Assembly: GCA_046075565.1 (NCBI GenBank)
Contig: JBJTQJ010000025.1
Span: 64,001 to 128,000, forward strand
Direction: 5' to 3'
DNA length: 64,000 nucleotides
DNA from: Verrucomicrobiales bacterium
GTDB taxonomy: Bacteria; Verrucomicrobiota; Verrucomicrobiia; Verrucomicrobiales; SLCJ01
Made by a program: the position numbers and the translations under genes
The notes under the pieces: model-generated
What the model saw: only the letters and a program-made list of their open reading frames with translations
Database searches by the model: none
Told to the model about the DNA's origin: nothing
Part shown: positions 1-10,302 of the stretch, one piece after another
Layout of the letters: every line of letters begins with the position of its first letter
Numbering within the stretch: the stretch's first letter is position 1

Positions 1-151
1 CTTTCTCCCCGGCTTGCCGACGGGCTTCCCGGATGAGGCTGGCATGGCCCTCGTGCAAGGCACCCATGGTCGGGACCAACACCACCGGGCCGGAGCTCCG
101 GGAGGCGCGGAGGGCCTGCCGGATTTCGGGCACGGTGTGGGTGATTTGCAT
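1..151 (-). CDS. panC: Pantoate--beta-alanine ligase, N-terminal part (runs off window edge)
   Basis: Manual translation MQITHTVPEIRQALRASRSSGPVVLVPTMGALHEGHASLIREAR contains the PanC VPTMGALHxGH signature; not in the ORF track. Confidence 0.9.
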   Translation of the reverse strand, partial: MQITHTVPEIRQALRASRSSGPVVLVPTMGALHEGHASLIREARRQAGEK

Positions 152-263
152 GGGCAAGGATAGGGCGATCCCTGTCGGGATCAACTGCCTTGCGGGTGGC
201 ACCACCCTACCCCAATGCTTTTTGCGTGGCGCCAGATTCAATGAATGGCGATCAGTTCCCAGT

Positions 264-362
264 GCAAGACCGAGACGGTCTTGCTACGCCTTCGATGTAC
301 GCTCACAGGCCACTTCCACCTGAGTTTCCATGTCAATCGTAGCCAGAGCGTCCCGCTCTTGC
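264..362. repeat. Inverted pair of REP-like GTAG hairpins
   Basis: 264-288 on minus strand CGTAGcaagaccgtctcggtcttgc and 338-362 on plus strand CGTAGccagagcgtcccgctcttgc; same layout with compensatory stem changes. Confidence 0.65.
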
Positions 363-432
363 CCCGAAGGGATAGGACACCCGAGAGGCCAAAAAATCAC
401 CGATGCTCCTTCTACATCAAAAGGCCAAAGCA

Positions 433-1533
433 TCACCGCCCGCCCTCGGCCTTCACCTTGCGGGTTTCACCTCCGCTGGCCCGGGCGATGCTCCGGAGCA
501 TGCGCTCCTCCTCGCGTTTGTCGTCGGCATTCACGTAATAAATGGTGTGGATCTTGGGCACCCGACCCTTCGCCTCTTTCTGTTTCTCCACCATGTCGGT
601 CAATTCCTTTTCTTCGATCACATCGAGACCACCGCCGGGAACCGATCGCGTGGCATTGCCATCGGTGAGCATGAAGGCGATTTCGGGATCGAGTTTGAAC
701 AACTCTTCGAGGGCATAATCGTGGCGGGTGCCGCCGGGCCGACCGCCTTGCGGTTTGGCACTATTCGCATCCACTTCGTCCTGAATGTGTTCTTTGGCCA
801 GGCGTTTGTTCTCGTCGGTGGCGGGCACAAGTTCCTCTTTCCATGCCCGGGCGCTGCCCGACCATCGGATGATGCCGAAGCGGGCATTCACATCAAGTCC
901 GTCCACCAGTGCCATGGCTTCGTCGCGGATGCGTTGGAATTTCTGCTCGCGTCCGGTGCGAACGAGTTTGTTCGTTCCGAAATCATAATCGCCGGTGCGG
1001 GAGAACATCGAGGTGGAGACATCGATCATAATCACGACACTCTGGCCTTTGTCGCGGATGCCGAAGAAACTCATACCCGAGCCGGTGCCGCCTCCGCCCG
1101 TGAGGCCGGTCGAATTCCCGAATCCAGCCGCGCCGGCCAAGCTGGCCGCGTTCAAGCCTTGCAAAGGATTCGTGTCCATGACCAAAGCCTGGTCGACGTC
1201 AACCGGGGGAAGCTCGGGCAGGGAAATGGCGGACGGTCGTGTGCTGACGAGCCGTTTTTTCATCACCGGCTTAGGTGCCATGGCCTGGTGTTTGGCCATG
1301 TTCAATCGATGCTCTGGCGGTTGGGGTGGGATCCGCACTTCGGGCTTCATCTCGAAGACCGCCGCCGGTTCCTGGAAATACTTCGCTACCACCCAGAGTC
1401 CGAAAAGCACCAGCGCGACGACGTGGGCGAACACACTGAAAATGATGATCCCACTAACAAGTGCACGTTTCTTTCCTGGGCGACGATCCTGTCCCGGTTG
1501 CGCGCTGACGATCGGCATGGCGGGCGCGCTCAT
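433..1533 (-). CDS. Membrane-anchored vWA-domain protein
   Basis: N-terminal TM helix, Pro-rich linker, MIDAS-like VIMIDVSTSM and FMLTDG motifs; 4-nt overlap with the ExbD gene. Confidence 0.75.
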   Translation of the reverse strand: MSAPAMPIVSAQPGQDRRPGKKRALVSGIIIFSVFAHVVALVLFGLWVVAKYFQEPAAVFEMKPEVRIPPQPPEHRLNMAKHQAMAPKPVMKKRLVSTRPSAISLPELPPVDVDQALVMDTNPLQGLNAASLAGAAGFGNSTGLTGGGGTGSGMSFFGIRDKGQSVVIMIDVSTSMFSRTGDYDFGTNKLVRTGREQKFQRIRDEAMALVDGLDVNARFGIIRWSGSARAWKEELVPATDENKRLAKEHIQDEVDANSAKPQGGRPGGTRHDYALEELFKLDPEIAFMLTDGNATRSVPGGGLDVIEEKELTDMVEKQKEAKGRVPKIHTIYYVNADDKREEERMLRSIARASGGETRKVKAEGGR

Positions 1534-1970
1534 GGTTCGCCCTCCCCGGATGTTTGATCGACAAACGTCACACCCGTCACACCGGCGGCGGCGCAGGCAT
1601 CGAGCACGTCGACGAGTTTCTGGTGGGGCACGGAATCGTGGGGAGCCACGCTGACCAAGGCTTCGCCGCGGTTTGCATCGGCGGCCTCCTTGAATCGGCG
1701 CAGCATGTCGCGCAAAGCGGGTAAATCGAGGGGTTGTTCATTCACCACCACACCGCCGCTGGCGTTGATTTCGACGGTGATTTCCTCCGGGATATCGACC
1801 GGGGCGTCCTGGGTGAGCGCTCCCGGCAAGCCGATGCCAATGTCCGCCTCCTGCTTCACCGGTTTGGCCGAAACCATGAAGAAAACCAGGAGCAAAAAGA
1901 CCATGTCGATCATCGGCCCCATCTGCATTTCGACGGAACCGGAACTTTGGGATCGACGGCGGCGGCGCAT
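1530..1970 (-). CDS. exbD: ExbD/TolR family biopolymer transporter
   Basis: MQMGPMIDMVFLLLVFFMV motif and C-terminal LVDVLDACAAAGV; start taken at MRRRRR (1970), upstream part of the ORF overlaps the neighbouring gene. Confidence 0.85.
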   Translation of the reverse strand: MRRRRRSQSSGSVEMQMGPMIDMVFLLLVFFMVSAKPVKQEADIGIGLPGALTQDAPVDIPEEITVEINASGGVVVNEQPLDLPALRDMLRRFKEAADANRGEALVSVAPHDSVPHQKLVDVLDACAAAGVTGVTFVDQTSGEGEP

Positions 1971-2157
1971 GGCGGGCGGGCGGAGAGATATCATCATGAA
2001 GCCGCCGCGCCCATGTGGCAAGCAAAAGAGTCGTGGCAATGGTGGCAGATTGCCGCTGCGCTCGGGCCTACGCGACGGCCTGTGGCATCTTTTCTGACAA
2101 AAAACCTCCGGAGCCTTCGTCATAGTCCCTGCGCATCTTTCCGGCGCGTCCCTCACC

Positions 2158-3447
2158 ATGCCTACTTCCCTTTCCCGCCGTTCCCTGCTAGCCAAGGCTG
2201 CCACCCTTGCCGTCGCCCCGATGATTGTTCCCGGCCGCGTGCTCGGTCTTGATGGCGGGGTCGCGCCCAGCAACCGGATCGTGCTCGCCGGGGTCGGTAT
2301 CGGCAATCGGGGGCAGCAGGTATTGAACGCCTTCCTGAAGCAGCCGGACGTCCAAGTCGTGGAAATCTGCGATGTGCAGGAAAAGCGGCGGAGCTACTCC
2401 CGGGGTTTGGTCAACGGCCACTACGGCAGCCGCGATTGCCGCATGGAAAGGGACATGCTGGCCACTTACTCCCGCGAGGGAATTGACGCCGTGCTCATCG
2501 CCACCGGTGACCGTTGGCACGCCTTGGCCAGCGCCCTCGCCGCCAAGGCCGGACTGGATGTCTATTGCGAAAAACCCTGCGGCATGCACATCCAGGAGCA
2601 TCGCCAGCTGGCGGAGACCTTCGCCCGCCACAAACGCATCTTCCAAGCCGGCACCCAGCGCCGCAGCGTTCCCAATTTCCAGTATGCCGTGTCCCTGGCC
2701 CGCGACGGAAAGCTCGGAAAGCTGAAAAAAGTTCATGGGGCAGTCGTGCAGCCGGTTTCCTGGAACACACCGCTTCCCGCGCAAGAACTGCCTGACCCTG
2801 ATGTGATCGATTGGGAACGCTGGGTCGGCCCCGCCCCGATGCACCCTTATAACGAGGAGTATCTGCGCCGCTGGAATGGGTTTGATGATTTCACCGCCGC
2901 GTGGAAATTGCCGGACTGGGCGGCCCACACCGCCGACTTGTGCCAATGGGCGGCGGGTGCCGACGGCAGCGGACCGGTTTCCTTCGAAGCCGAGGGACTG
3001 AACATCCGGGGAAAATACGAGAACGGTATCGAACTCGTGCTCCGGCTCGGTGGTTTCAGCAATGAGGGTGATTGGAACGGACTCGGGACCTGCCCGGTTC
3101 GCTTCGAGGGCGAGGACGGTTGGGTTGAAACCGCCGATTCCGGGAAAATCATCGCTTCCCGCCCCGAACTTCTGAAGGCAAACGAAGGAGCTGCCGTGGT
3201 CCGCGGCACCGATCCGGAACTCCACGTGCGCGACTTCCTCGACGCCGTGCGCAGCCGGGGCACCACGCGCTGCAATGCCACCAATACCCGCTTCAGCCAC
3301 AACACCTCCTTCGCCGCCGCCGTCACATGGAAACTCCAGCGCGGTCTCCGCTTTGACCCCGCCGCCGAGTCCTTCCCCGATGATGCCGAAGCGAACAAGT
3401 TCCTCAGCCGCCCGCCGCGGGCGCCCTGGGCTTTCCCGGTGGATTGA
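2158..3447 (+). CDS. Gfo/Idh/MocA oxidoreductase with Tat signal
   Basis: SRRSLL twin-arginine motif, GVGIGNRG Rossmann loop, DVYCEKP, GTQRRS. Confidence 0.9.
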   Translation: MPTSLSRRSLLAKAATLAVAPMIVPGRVLGLDGGVAPSNRIVLAGVGIGNRGQQVLNAFLKQPDVQVVEICDVQEKRRSYSRGLVNGHYGSRDCRMERDMLATYSREGIDAVLIATGDRWHALASALAAKAGLDVYCEKPCGMHIQEHRQLAETFARHKRIFQAGTQRRSVPNFQYAVSLARDGKLGKLKKVHGAVVQPVSWNTPLPAQELPDPDVIDWERWVGPAPMHPYNEEYLRRWNGFDDFTAAWKLPDWAAHTADLCQWAAGADGSGPVSFEAEGLNIRGKYENGIELVLRLGGFSNEGDWNGLGTCPVRFEGEDGWVETADSGKIIASRPELLKANEGAAVVRGTDPELHVRDFLDAVRSRGTTRCNATNTRFSHNTSFAAAVTWKLQRGLRFDPAAESFPDDAEANKFLSRPPRAPWAFPVD

Positions 3448-3489
3448 GAAGCGCTCATTTTTCCCTTTTTCCGATCGGGGATCAGCGGC

Positions 3490-5718
3490 ATGGTGGCTGC
3501 CATGCCAACGATTTCCGAAACCAGTATTTCGCGACTGCTCGGCGGGGCTCACGATGATCCGTTTTCCGTGCTCGGTCGCCACCGTGATCATGGGATTCCC
3601 GGTTTCCGGGTGCGTGTTTGCCGGCCTGATGTGGCGTCGGTGGAAGTGGTCTTGTTAGGAGCGGATGGAATCGAAATGGCACGCCACCCGGCGCATTCTC
3701 TTGGTGGGTCCGGTGTGTTCGAAGCGGCTTTCGAGTGGTATGCTGCGGTTGCCCCTGCTTACCGGTTGATTTTCCATTTTCCGGACGGGAACCGTCTCGA
3801 AACTGCGGACCCGTATTCGTTCCCGCCCATGCTCGGAGAACAGGATGTGTGGCTTTTCGCGCAGGGTAACCATTACGAACTGCATCGTGTGCTGGGCAGC
3901 CACACAGACGAAATCGCCGGTGTGACCGGCACAAGGTTCGCCGTCTGGGCTCCGAATGCCCGCCGGGTCTCGGTGGTCGGCGCTTTCAACGGCTGGGACG
4001 GGCGATGCCATCCCATGCGCAAACGCCTCGAATGCGGCGTTTGGGAAATCTTCATCCCCGGTATTGGTTGCGAGGAACTCTACAAATTCGAGGTCATCCA
4101 GGCCGACGGCCGCCTCTGCCTGAAATCGGATCCCTTCGCGCGTTTCGGCCAGCATGGCCCCGAGACCGCGTCCATCGTCTGGGAAAGCGAATACACGTGG
4201 AATGATGAAGCCTGGATAAAACAACGCGCGTCCCACGATCCCTACCACAAACCGATGAGCATCTACGAATGTCATCTCGGATCGTGGGCGAGGATTCCTG
4301 AGGAAGGGAACCGCATGCTCACCTACCGCGAACTGGCGGAGCGCCTGCTTGATCACGTCGAGAAACTCGGTTTCACCCACATCGAACTGATGCCCATCAC
4401 CGAGTATCCATTCGATGGCTCCTGGGGCTATCAGGTCACCGGATTTTTCGCGCCCACCTCGCGCCACGGCTCGCCGGACGACTTCAAGTATTTCGTCGAT
4501 GAAGCGCACCGTCGCGGCATCGGCATCATCGTCGACTGGGTCCCTGCCCACTTCCCGAAGGATGACCACGGGCTCTCCCGCTTCGACGGCACGGCGCTCT
4601 ACGAACACGCCGACCCTCGCCAAGGCGAGCACATGGACTGGGGCACCTCCATCTTCAACTTCGGGCGCAACGAGGTGAAGAATTTTCTCATCTCCTCAGC
4701 CCTGCTCTGGCTGCGCGAATATCATATCGATGGATTGCGCGTGGACGCCGTGGCTTCCATGCTTTACCTCGACTACTCCCGCGAGAGCGGCCAATGGGTG
4801 CCCAACCAACACGGCGGACGCGAGAACCTCGAGGCCATCGCGTTCCTGCGTCACCTCAACGCTATCGCCTATCAACTGAATCCCGGCATCATCATGATCG
4901 CCGAGGAGTCCACCGCCTGGGGGGGCGTGTCACGCCCGACCGACTCCGGTGGACTCGGATTCGGTTTCAAATGGAACATGGGGTGGATGAACGACACCCT
5001 GCGCTACATCGAACACGAGCCGATCCACCGCCAATACCACCACGGCGAGGCGACATTCTCGATGATCTACGCTTACGACGAAAATTTCATCCTCGTGCTC
5101 AGCCACGACGAGGTCGTGCACGGGAAAAAGTCGTTGTTGAGCAAAATGCCCGGCGACCGCTGGCAGCAATTCGCCAATCTGCGTATGCTCTACGCGTGGA
5201 TGTGGGCCCATCCCGGGAAAAAGCTGCTTTTCCAAGGTAGCGAAATCGGCCAGTGGGACGAGTGGACCGAACAGCGCTCCGTCGATTGGCATCTGCAAAT
5301 CGGCGCCGAACATTCGGGTGTGCGTGATTTGTTAGGCGACTTAAACCGGCTCTACCGGAGCTTGCCCGCACTGCATGCGCTCGACCACGAACCCGGCGGG
5401 TTCCGCTGGCTCGACCATGGTGACGCCGGGAGATCGATTTTCGCCTTCGAACGCTCGGCTCCCGGCGGCGGCAGCGTGATCGTGCTCGTGAATGCCACTC
5501 CGGTCCCGCGACCGGGCTACAGAGCCGGCGTGCCCAAGGCCGGGGCCTGGCGCGAAATCCTCAACACCGATACCGTGGCTTACGGAGGCAGTGGTCTCGT
5601 GAACGCTCGCCCAATCATGGCCGAGCCACAGCCTTGGCACGGTCATCCGCAGTCGTTGCCAGTGGATTTGCCGCCCCTTGGTGTCGTCTGGTTGCACCAG
5701 GGAAGACCCGTGGGCTGA
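3490..5718 (+). CDS. glgB: 1,4-alpha-glucan branching enzyme
   Basis: [48 protein letters not shown]13 motifs; start may be 3502. Confidence 0.97.
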   Translation: MVAAMPTISETSISRLLGGAHDDPFSVLGRHRDHGIPGFRVRVCRPDVASVEVVLLGADGIEMARHPAHSLGGSGVFEAAFEWYAAVAPAYRLIFHFPDGNRLETADPYSFPPMLGEQDVWLFAQGNHYELHRVLGSHTDEIAGVTGTRFAVWAPNARRVSVVGAFNGWDGRCHPMRKRLECGVWEIFIPGIGCEELYKFEVIQADGRLCLKSDPFARFGQHGPETASIVWESEYTWNDEAWIKQRASHDPYHKPMSIYECHLGSWARIPEEGNRMLTYRELAERLLDHVEKLGFTHIELMPITEYPFDGSWGYQVTGFFAPTSRHGSPDDFKYFVDEAHRRGIGIIVDWVPAHFPKDDHGLSRFDGTALYEHADPRQGEHMDWGTSIFNFGRNEVKNFLISSALLWLREYHIDGLRVDAVASMLYLDYSRESGQWVPNQHGGRENLEAIAFLRHLNAIAYQLNPGIIMIAEESTAWGGVSRPTDSGGLGFGFKWNMGWMNDTLRYIEHEPIHRQYHHGEATFSMIYAYDENFILVLSHDEVVHGKKSLLSKMPGDRWQQFANLRMLYAWMWAHPGKKLLFQGSEIGQWDEWTEQRSVDWHLQIGAEHSGVRDLLGDLNRLYRSLPALHALDHEPGGFRWLDHGDAGRSIFAFERSAPGGGSVIVLVNATPVPRPGYRAGVPKAGAWREILNTDTVAYGGSGLVNARPIMAEPQPWHGHPQSLPVDLPPLGVVWLHQGRPVG

Positions 5719-5772
5719 CGGCGTTTCAGATGATTTCCGCGCCCTCTCGCACCCAGGCCGCGTAGTTTCATC

Positions 5773-6009
5773 ATGCGCTACCTCCGTCATCCTGCCGTCA
5801 AAGCCGCTTTGCTCATCTGGGCGCTCTTGTTGCCCTTGGCCTGGCTAGCGGATCGGCTGTCCTTTGAAGCCGTTCCCCCTCCGGTCGGCCCGTGGCTGTT
5901 GCTTGTTCTCATGGTCGGCCCGCTGATTTTCAGTGCCGCCTTCTCTCTCGCCGTATTGCGATTGCCCGCCGTGGCTCCAGCCCGCGATAGAACCTGGCGG
6001 AAGCGGTAA
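5773..6009 (+). CDS. Small two-TM membrane protein, hypothetical
   Basis: 78-aa ORF with two hydrophobic segments filling the intergenic gap; TAGTTT 4 nt before the ATG. Confidence 0.55.
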   Translation: MRYLRHPAVKAALLIWALLLPLAWLADRLSFEAVPPPVGPWLLLVLMVGPLIFSAAFSLAVLRLPAVAPARDRTWRKR

Positions 6010-6011
6010 AA

Positions 6012-7661
6012 TCAATTGCCCTTCATTTTGGCCCGCACTCTTTTCAGGTCGTAAAGGCGTTCTCCGCTCAAGGCTTCATCGACTTCAAGTTCGCGGATGG
6101 CATCTCCATAGAGCCCCATTTCTTCGTAAACAAGGCCCCGGGCATGGCTAAGGGCGAACCAGTGCACTTTCTGCGGCGGTGGTTGCACACGGTGGAGCGC
6201 CGCTTCAAGTTGGGTCAGCAATTGGATGGATTGGCGACCTTGTTCGGTCGCGGCTAGTGCCCGTGCGTAGCAGCCGTAGGAGCCGATAAGGGCGAGGGCG
6301 TGACGTCCGGTTGGTAACTCGCGTGCAGGAACCAACTCACCATTCATTTGCTGGAGAGTTTTGTCCACCTTCGGGAAAAGATCCCGTTGCCGCGCCAGGA
6401 TCTTGTCCCACCGCCCGGCCCGCGCGTCTGTCGATTGCATGACCCACACCGAGCGCAGTTGTCCCGGATAGCGCGCGAGCACGTCGCCCATGAGCTTGTC
6501 CATGTCGTGCCAAAGCAACGAACGTTGAATGGATAGCCAGCAAAAGATCGCCACAATCGTTCCAACTGCTCCCACGCGGACGATGGTGGAAAGCCGCCGA
6601 CCCGCCCATGCCAAGGCGATGGCAGCGGATAGGCAGAACCACGGCAGCCCCGGATAAATTCGGTATTCCGGCATATACTCGGCGATAATGTAGAAGACAC
6701 GCATGGCCAGGGTCAGACCAAAGACGAGCAAACCGAGACCGAACTAACGGGTGGAGTTTCTCCAGCTCAACCACGAGGTTGCCAGCAAATAGAGCACAAG
6801 CCCTGCCGCCGCGAAGAGGGCGATCCGGTCGGGAACGGAAAACCACATCTTGCCGGCCGGCACCAAGGTTTCCGCCACATGATGATCCGCGCTGAGGGCA
6901 ACGGGAACAACCGCCCGCCACGCGAATTCCCAGAAGGATCGGCAAACCGTCAAGCCGTGTCCGGCGAACGTTGGCTCGCTCCAGCGGCTCATCACGAACC
7001 CAACCCTCCACCACCAGCCCGAGACAAAAAGAATGCCCACCATCACCACGACACCCGACACGATCCACGGCCAACGACGTGTCCATGAACGCAGCACGGA
7101 TCTTTCGACGGAGAGCAAAAGAATCGGCACGACCGCTATCATGGCATACACGATGCCAGGTCCTTTGGAAAAGGTCGCACCAAGAACACAAACGGGCAGC
7201 GCAACCCACGACCAACGGTTTCCGCCTGTGGCCGCCACCCGCGCTGCCCAGGCCGCGCCAAGGGAAAACAAAGTCACCCACGCGAGATCGTGGGCGCGTG
7301 CGTAATTCGGTATCTCGCTGCCCAGTGGATGTGCTGCAAAAAGCAAAGCCGCCACCAGTGCGATGCCCTGGTTCTCCGCCCCAAGCAGCGAGCGGGCGAG
7401 GGCCCATAAAATCAAGACATTCCCGGCGTGCAATAGCCAGTTGACAGCATGGAAGACCACTGGATTCGCCTCGCCGCCACAGCCGGTCTGCAGCCAATAA
7501 CCGAAATGCGTCCAAGTGAGCACATCGCTGCCCCAGATCCTCCCCTCTCTCACCCAATCGTTGAAAAGAATACTCAACGGGTCATCCATATAGAACTGCG
7601 ACCTCAGACACGCGCCATGGGCCAAAGCCGTCACCGCGAGAAGAAGCAAAGCCGGCCACAA
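6012..7661 (-). pseudogene. TMTC-like multi-pass GT-C membrane protein with helical C-terminus, interrupted by an in-frame TAG at 6744-6746
   Basis: FYMDD, FHAVNWLLH, LFAAHP..SE and EYRIY motifs typical of TMTC-like proteins; ORFs 6744-7661 and 6012-6731 are in the same frame and read RNSTR*FGLGLLVFG. Confidence 0.65.
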
Positions 7662-7873
7662 ACGCCCGCTCCACCAACTTGCGGTGGTGGGGGGGAGAAA
7701 CCTTCTTGGATTTTACGCCAGCCATGGGAGTCTCTTATGTAGCAGGATTCCGGGCATCACGCATCGGGAAAATCAAGGCCCGTCCCAGAACGGGTGCAAG
7801 AGACGCGGGTTAGGGTCTTCTTGCGGCGGGAGCAGTTTCTTGCCACATCATGGAAGAAGTTGGGCCTCCAAAC

Positions 7874-7902
7874 TTGCGCGACGGTTCGAAACACCCTAGG
7901 AT
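7874..7902 (+). promoter_or_regulatory. Sigma70-like promoter 6 nt upstream of the ATG (leaderless layout)
   Basis: TTGCGC-17 nt-TAGGAT, then ACCGCT and ATG at 7909. Confidence 0.5.
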
Positions 7903-7908
7903 ACCGCT

Positions 7909-8133
7909 ATGAATCCGGTGGAGAGTGCAGACCTAAAGCACCAGTGGACAGCCGTGCGTTGCCATAGCTTGGACGACATGCGGGATCAGAACATTCTTTT
8001 CTGGCAGGCGCAGGGACCATCCGCAATCCGGAGAGCTGCCTGGCAGATCGTGGTCGATTACTGGCAGGCCAATCACCTCAATCCAGATGAACTCCGATTT
8101 TCGCGATCTTTTACGGTTGCTGGGCGAGCATGA
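7909..8133 (+). CDS. Small hypothetical protein, likely partner of a nucleotidyltransferase (TA-like pair)
   Basis: 74-aa ORF with FWQ...AAWQ...DELRFSRS; own promoter; overlaps the start of a nucleotidyltransferase-like fragment. Confidence 0.55.
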   Translation: MNPVESADLKHQWTAVRCHSLDDMRDQNILFWQAQGPSAIRRAAWQIVVDYWQANHLNPDELRFSRSFTVAGRA

Positions 8134-8145
8134 GGTGAGCTACCA
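8087..8145 (+). pseudogene. Truncated nucleotidyltransferase-family gene (N-terminal ~19 codons only)
   Basis: MNSDFRDLLRLLGEHEVSY resembles N-termini of small nucleotidyltransferases that normally continue LVVGGYAV; here the frame runs into antisense hflX and stops at 8245. Confidence 0.5.
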
Positions 8146-8155
8146 GAACGCCTCC

Positions 8156-9460
8156 TCACCCCGCGAATCCCGCGAACAAGTGTTCGAGTTTTTTCGGGAC
8201 GATGGCGGTGACGACAGCGACAGCGTCGTCGTAGTCGAGCGATAGCACCTTGCCCTCGGCATGGAGGCGGGCGAGCAGGTCGCCGCGGGAGGGCGGGATG
8301 CGGTAGTGTTTGCGGGCAACACGGTCGCGCAGGATGTCGTGGATTTCTCCTAACAAACGATCCATTCCGATACCCTCGCGAACGGAAACCGGGATGGCAT
8401 CGGGGAAGATGGTGGCGAGGCGGCGGTTCTCTTCCTCACCGAGCAGGTCGATTTTGTTGAGCACGACGAGCATTCTTTTGTCGGCGGCCCCTAGTTCGCC
8501 GAGCACGGCGAGGGTAGTGCGGTAATGGATTTCCGCTTCGGGAGAGGAGGCATCCACAACGTGGATGAGGAAGTCGGCGAGAGTGGACTCCTCAAGCGTG
8601 GCCTTGAAGGCCTCGACAAGACGGTGGGGCAGGTTGCGCACGAAGCCCACGGTATCGGTGAGCAGGAGTTCCTGATTGTCGGGCAGGACAATGCGGCGGG
8701 TGGTGGTATCGAGGGTGGCGAAGAGTTTGTCTTCGGCCAGCACATCGGCACCAGTGAGTTTATTGAGCAGGGAGGACTTGCCCGCGTTGGTGTAACCGAC
8801 AATGGCGGCCACGGGCAGGCCGTTGTCGATGCGTTCCTTGCGCTGGGTGGCACGGATACGGCGAACTTCCTCGAGTTCGTCTTTCACTTTGGCAATGCGG
8901 TCGCGAGCGAGGCGTTTGTCCACTTCGATTTGTTTCTCCCCTTCACCGCGGGCCGCTCCTCCTCCACCTTTGCCTCCGCCGGCTCCGCCGCCCTGACGGT
9001 CGAGGTGGGTCCACATGCGCGCCATCCGGGGCAGCGCGTATTGCATGCGGGCGAGATCGACCTGCAAGCGTGCCTCCCGGGTGCTGGCGCGGCGGGCGAA
9101 AATGTCGAGAATGACTTCCTCGCGATCGATGACCGTCAGGTCGCTGTCTTTTTCCCAAGCCCGCTGCTGGGCGGGAGTTAAATTGTTGTCGAAGATGATA
9201 CAATCACATTCGAGCGAGCGGGCGTGTTCAATCATCTCGGCGGCCTTGCCCGTGCCCATGAGGTAACGCGCGTTGTGCTGCGGTGCCCGCACCAGCGTGG
9301 ACTCAACGATGCCGATCCCGAGTGTCGTCACGAGCTCCTCGAGTTCGACGAGCAAAGCGCGTGCGGCTTCCTCGTCGCGACGGCTTTCGTGCACGCCGAT
9401 CAGGAAGGCGCGTTCGACCTGTTCGGGCCGTTCGCGGATCTCAAACATCTGGAGGCTCAT
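8156..9460 (-). CDS. hflX: GTPase HflX
   Basis: GYTNAGKSS, DKLFATLDTT, DTVGF, NKID motifs and HflX N-terminal domain (ILDIFARRA). Confidence 0.97.
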   Translation of the reverse strand: MSLQMFEIRERPEQVERAFLIGVHESRRDEEAARALLVELEELVTTLGIGIVESTLVRAPQHNARYLMGTGKAAEMIEHARSLECDCIIFDNNLTPAQQRAWEKDSDLTVIDREEVILDIFARRASTREARLQVDLARMQYALPRMARMWTHLDRQGGGAGGGKGGGGAARGEGEKQIEVDKRLARDRIAKVKDELEEVRRIRATQRKERIDNGLPVAAIVGYTNAGKSSLLNKLTGADVLAEDKLFATLDTTTRRIVLPDNQELLLTDTVGFVRNLPHRLVEAFKATLEESTLADFLIHVVDASSPEAEIHYRTTLAVLGELGAADKRMLVVLNKIDLLGEEENRRLATIFPDAIPVSVREGIGMDRLLGEIHDILRDRVARKHYRIPPSRGDLLARLHAEGKVLSLDYDDAVAVVTAIVPKKLEHLFAGFAG

Positions 9461-9469
9461 GGGAGTGGG

Positions 9470-10210
9470 TCAGGGAAGTTTCCACGGTCCGCGCAGACGG
9501 GCATATTCCGCGCGGGGTAGCAACAGATACATCGGCTTGGCCTGCGGGTCCAACCAGGCGATCATTTCGCGCAAACGCCACTCCGGCATGGTGGTGCAGC
9601 CGGTTGTCGCTTTGGCTCCGTTCGATCTCCAGACATGGAAAAAGATCGCACTGCCCCCGTTGAGCACGACATTCGGCGGGGCGTTGTGGTTGACGAAAAG
9701 TTTGAGGTTGTGCGCGGGGTCGTTGAGTTTCATCTGCTGCTTCTTTTCCCATGCGGTGCGGGGCTCGGCATGGGGCAGCTTGAGATGGCGGTTGTAGTGA
9801 GGAGAGGTCGGATCCTCGACCCAGAGGTCGCGGGGACCGATTTGTTCATAGACCATGCCGCGCTTGCGCGCGACCTGATCCGGACGGTACAGGCCATAGG
9901 CGTGGCCGAGCGTGAAGACCCCGGCGGGCGCGCGGCTGTCCCCTTCGACCTTGAGTTTCGCGTCCTTCGGCGCGGCGTGGAGTCCGCGGCCCCAGACGAG
10001 GCCGGAGCGCCCGAGGCGTCCATTCCAAGGGGTGCCAATCGCCTGCCAGCCTTTGCCTTTCCTTTCATATCGCTGGAGTGCAACATAGCTATCGTCCCAA
10101 TTGCGGGCGATGCCCACGATGAGCTGTCGGGTCTCGGCGGGAACAGGAGACTCCGCACGAGCCATCAGGGATGGGAAAACGACAAGCAGCAGGAGCAGAC
10201 GGAGGGGCAT
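9470..10210 (-). CDS. Secreted L,D-transpeptidase-family (YkuD-like) protein
   Basis: Signal peptide MPLRLLLLLVV, EGDSRAPAGVF, GSAIFFHVW and TTGC catalytic His/Cys region. Confidence 0.8.
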   Translation of the reverse strand: MPLRLLLLLVVFPSLMARAESPVPAETRQLIVGIARNWDDSYVALQRYERKGKGWQAIGTPWNGRLGRSGLVWGRGLHAAPKDAKLKVEGDSRAPAGVFTLGHAYGLYRPDQVARKRGMVYEQIGPRDLWVEDPTSPHYNRHLKLPHAEPRTAWEKKQQMKLNDPAHNLKLFVNHNAPPNVVLNGGSAIFFHVWRSNGAKATTGCTTMPEWRLREMIAWLDPQAKPMYLLLPRAEYARLRGPWKLP

Positions 10211-10302
10211 GCTGGAATGAAACGCATTTTGAGGAATCGTGCAAGACATCCCGGAAATTCCTTGATTGCCAGACGGGTGGATTTTTCTTAGATTAGGCCT
10301 TC

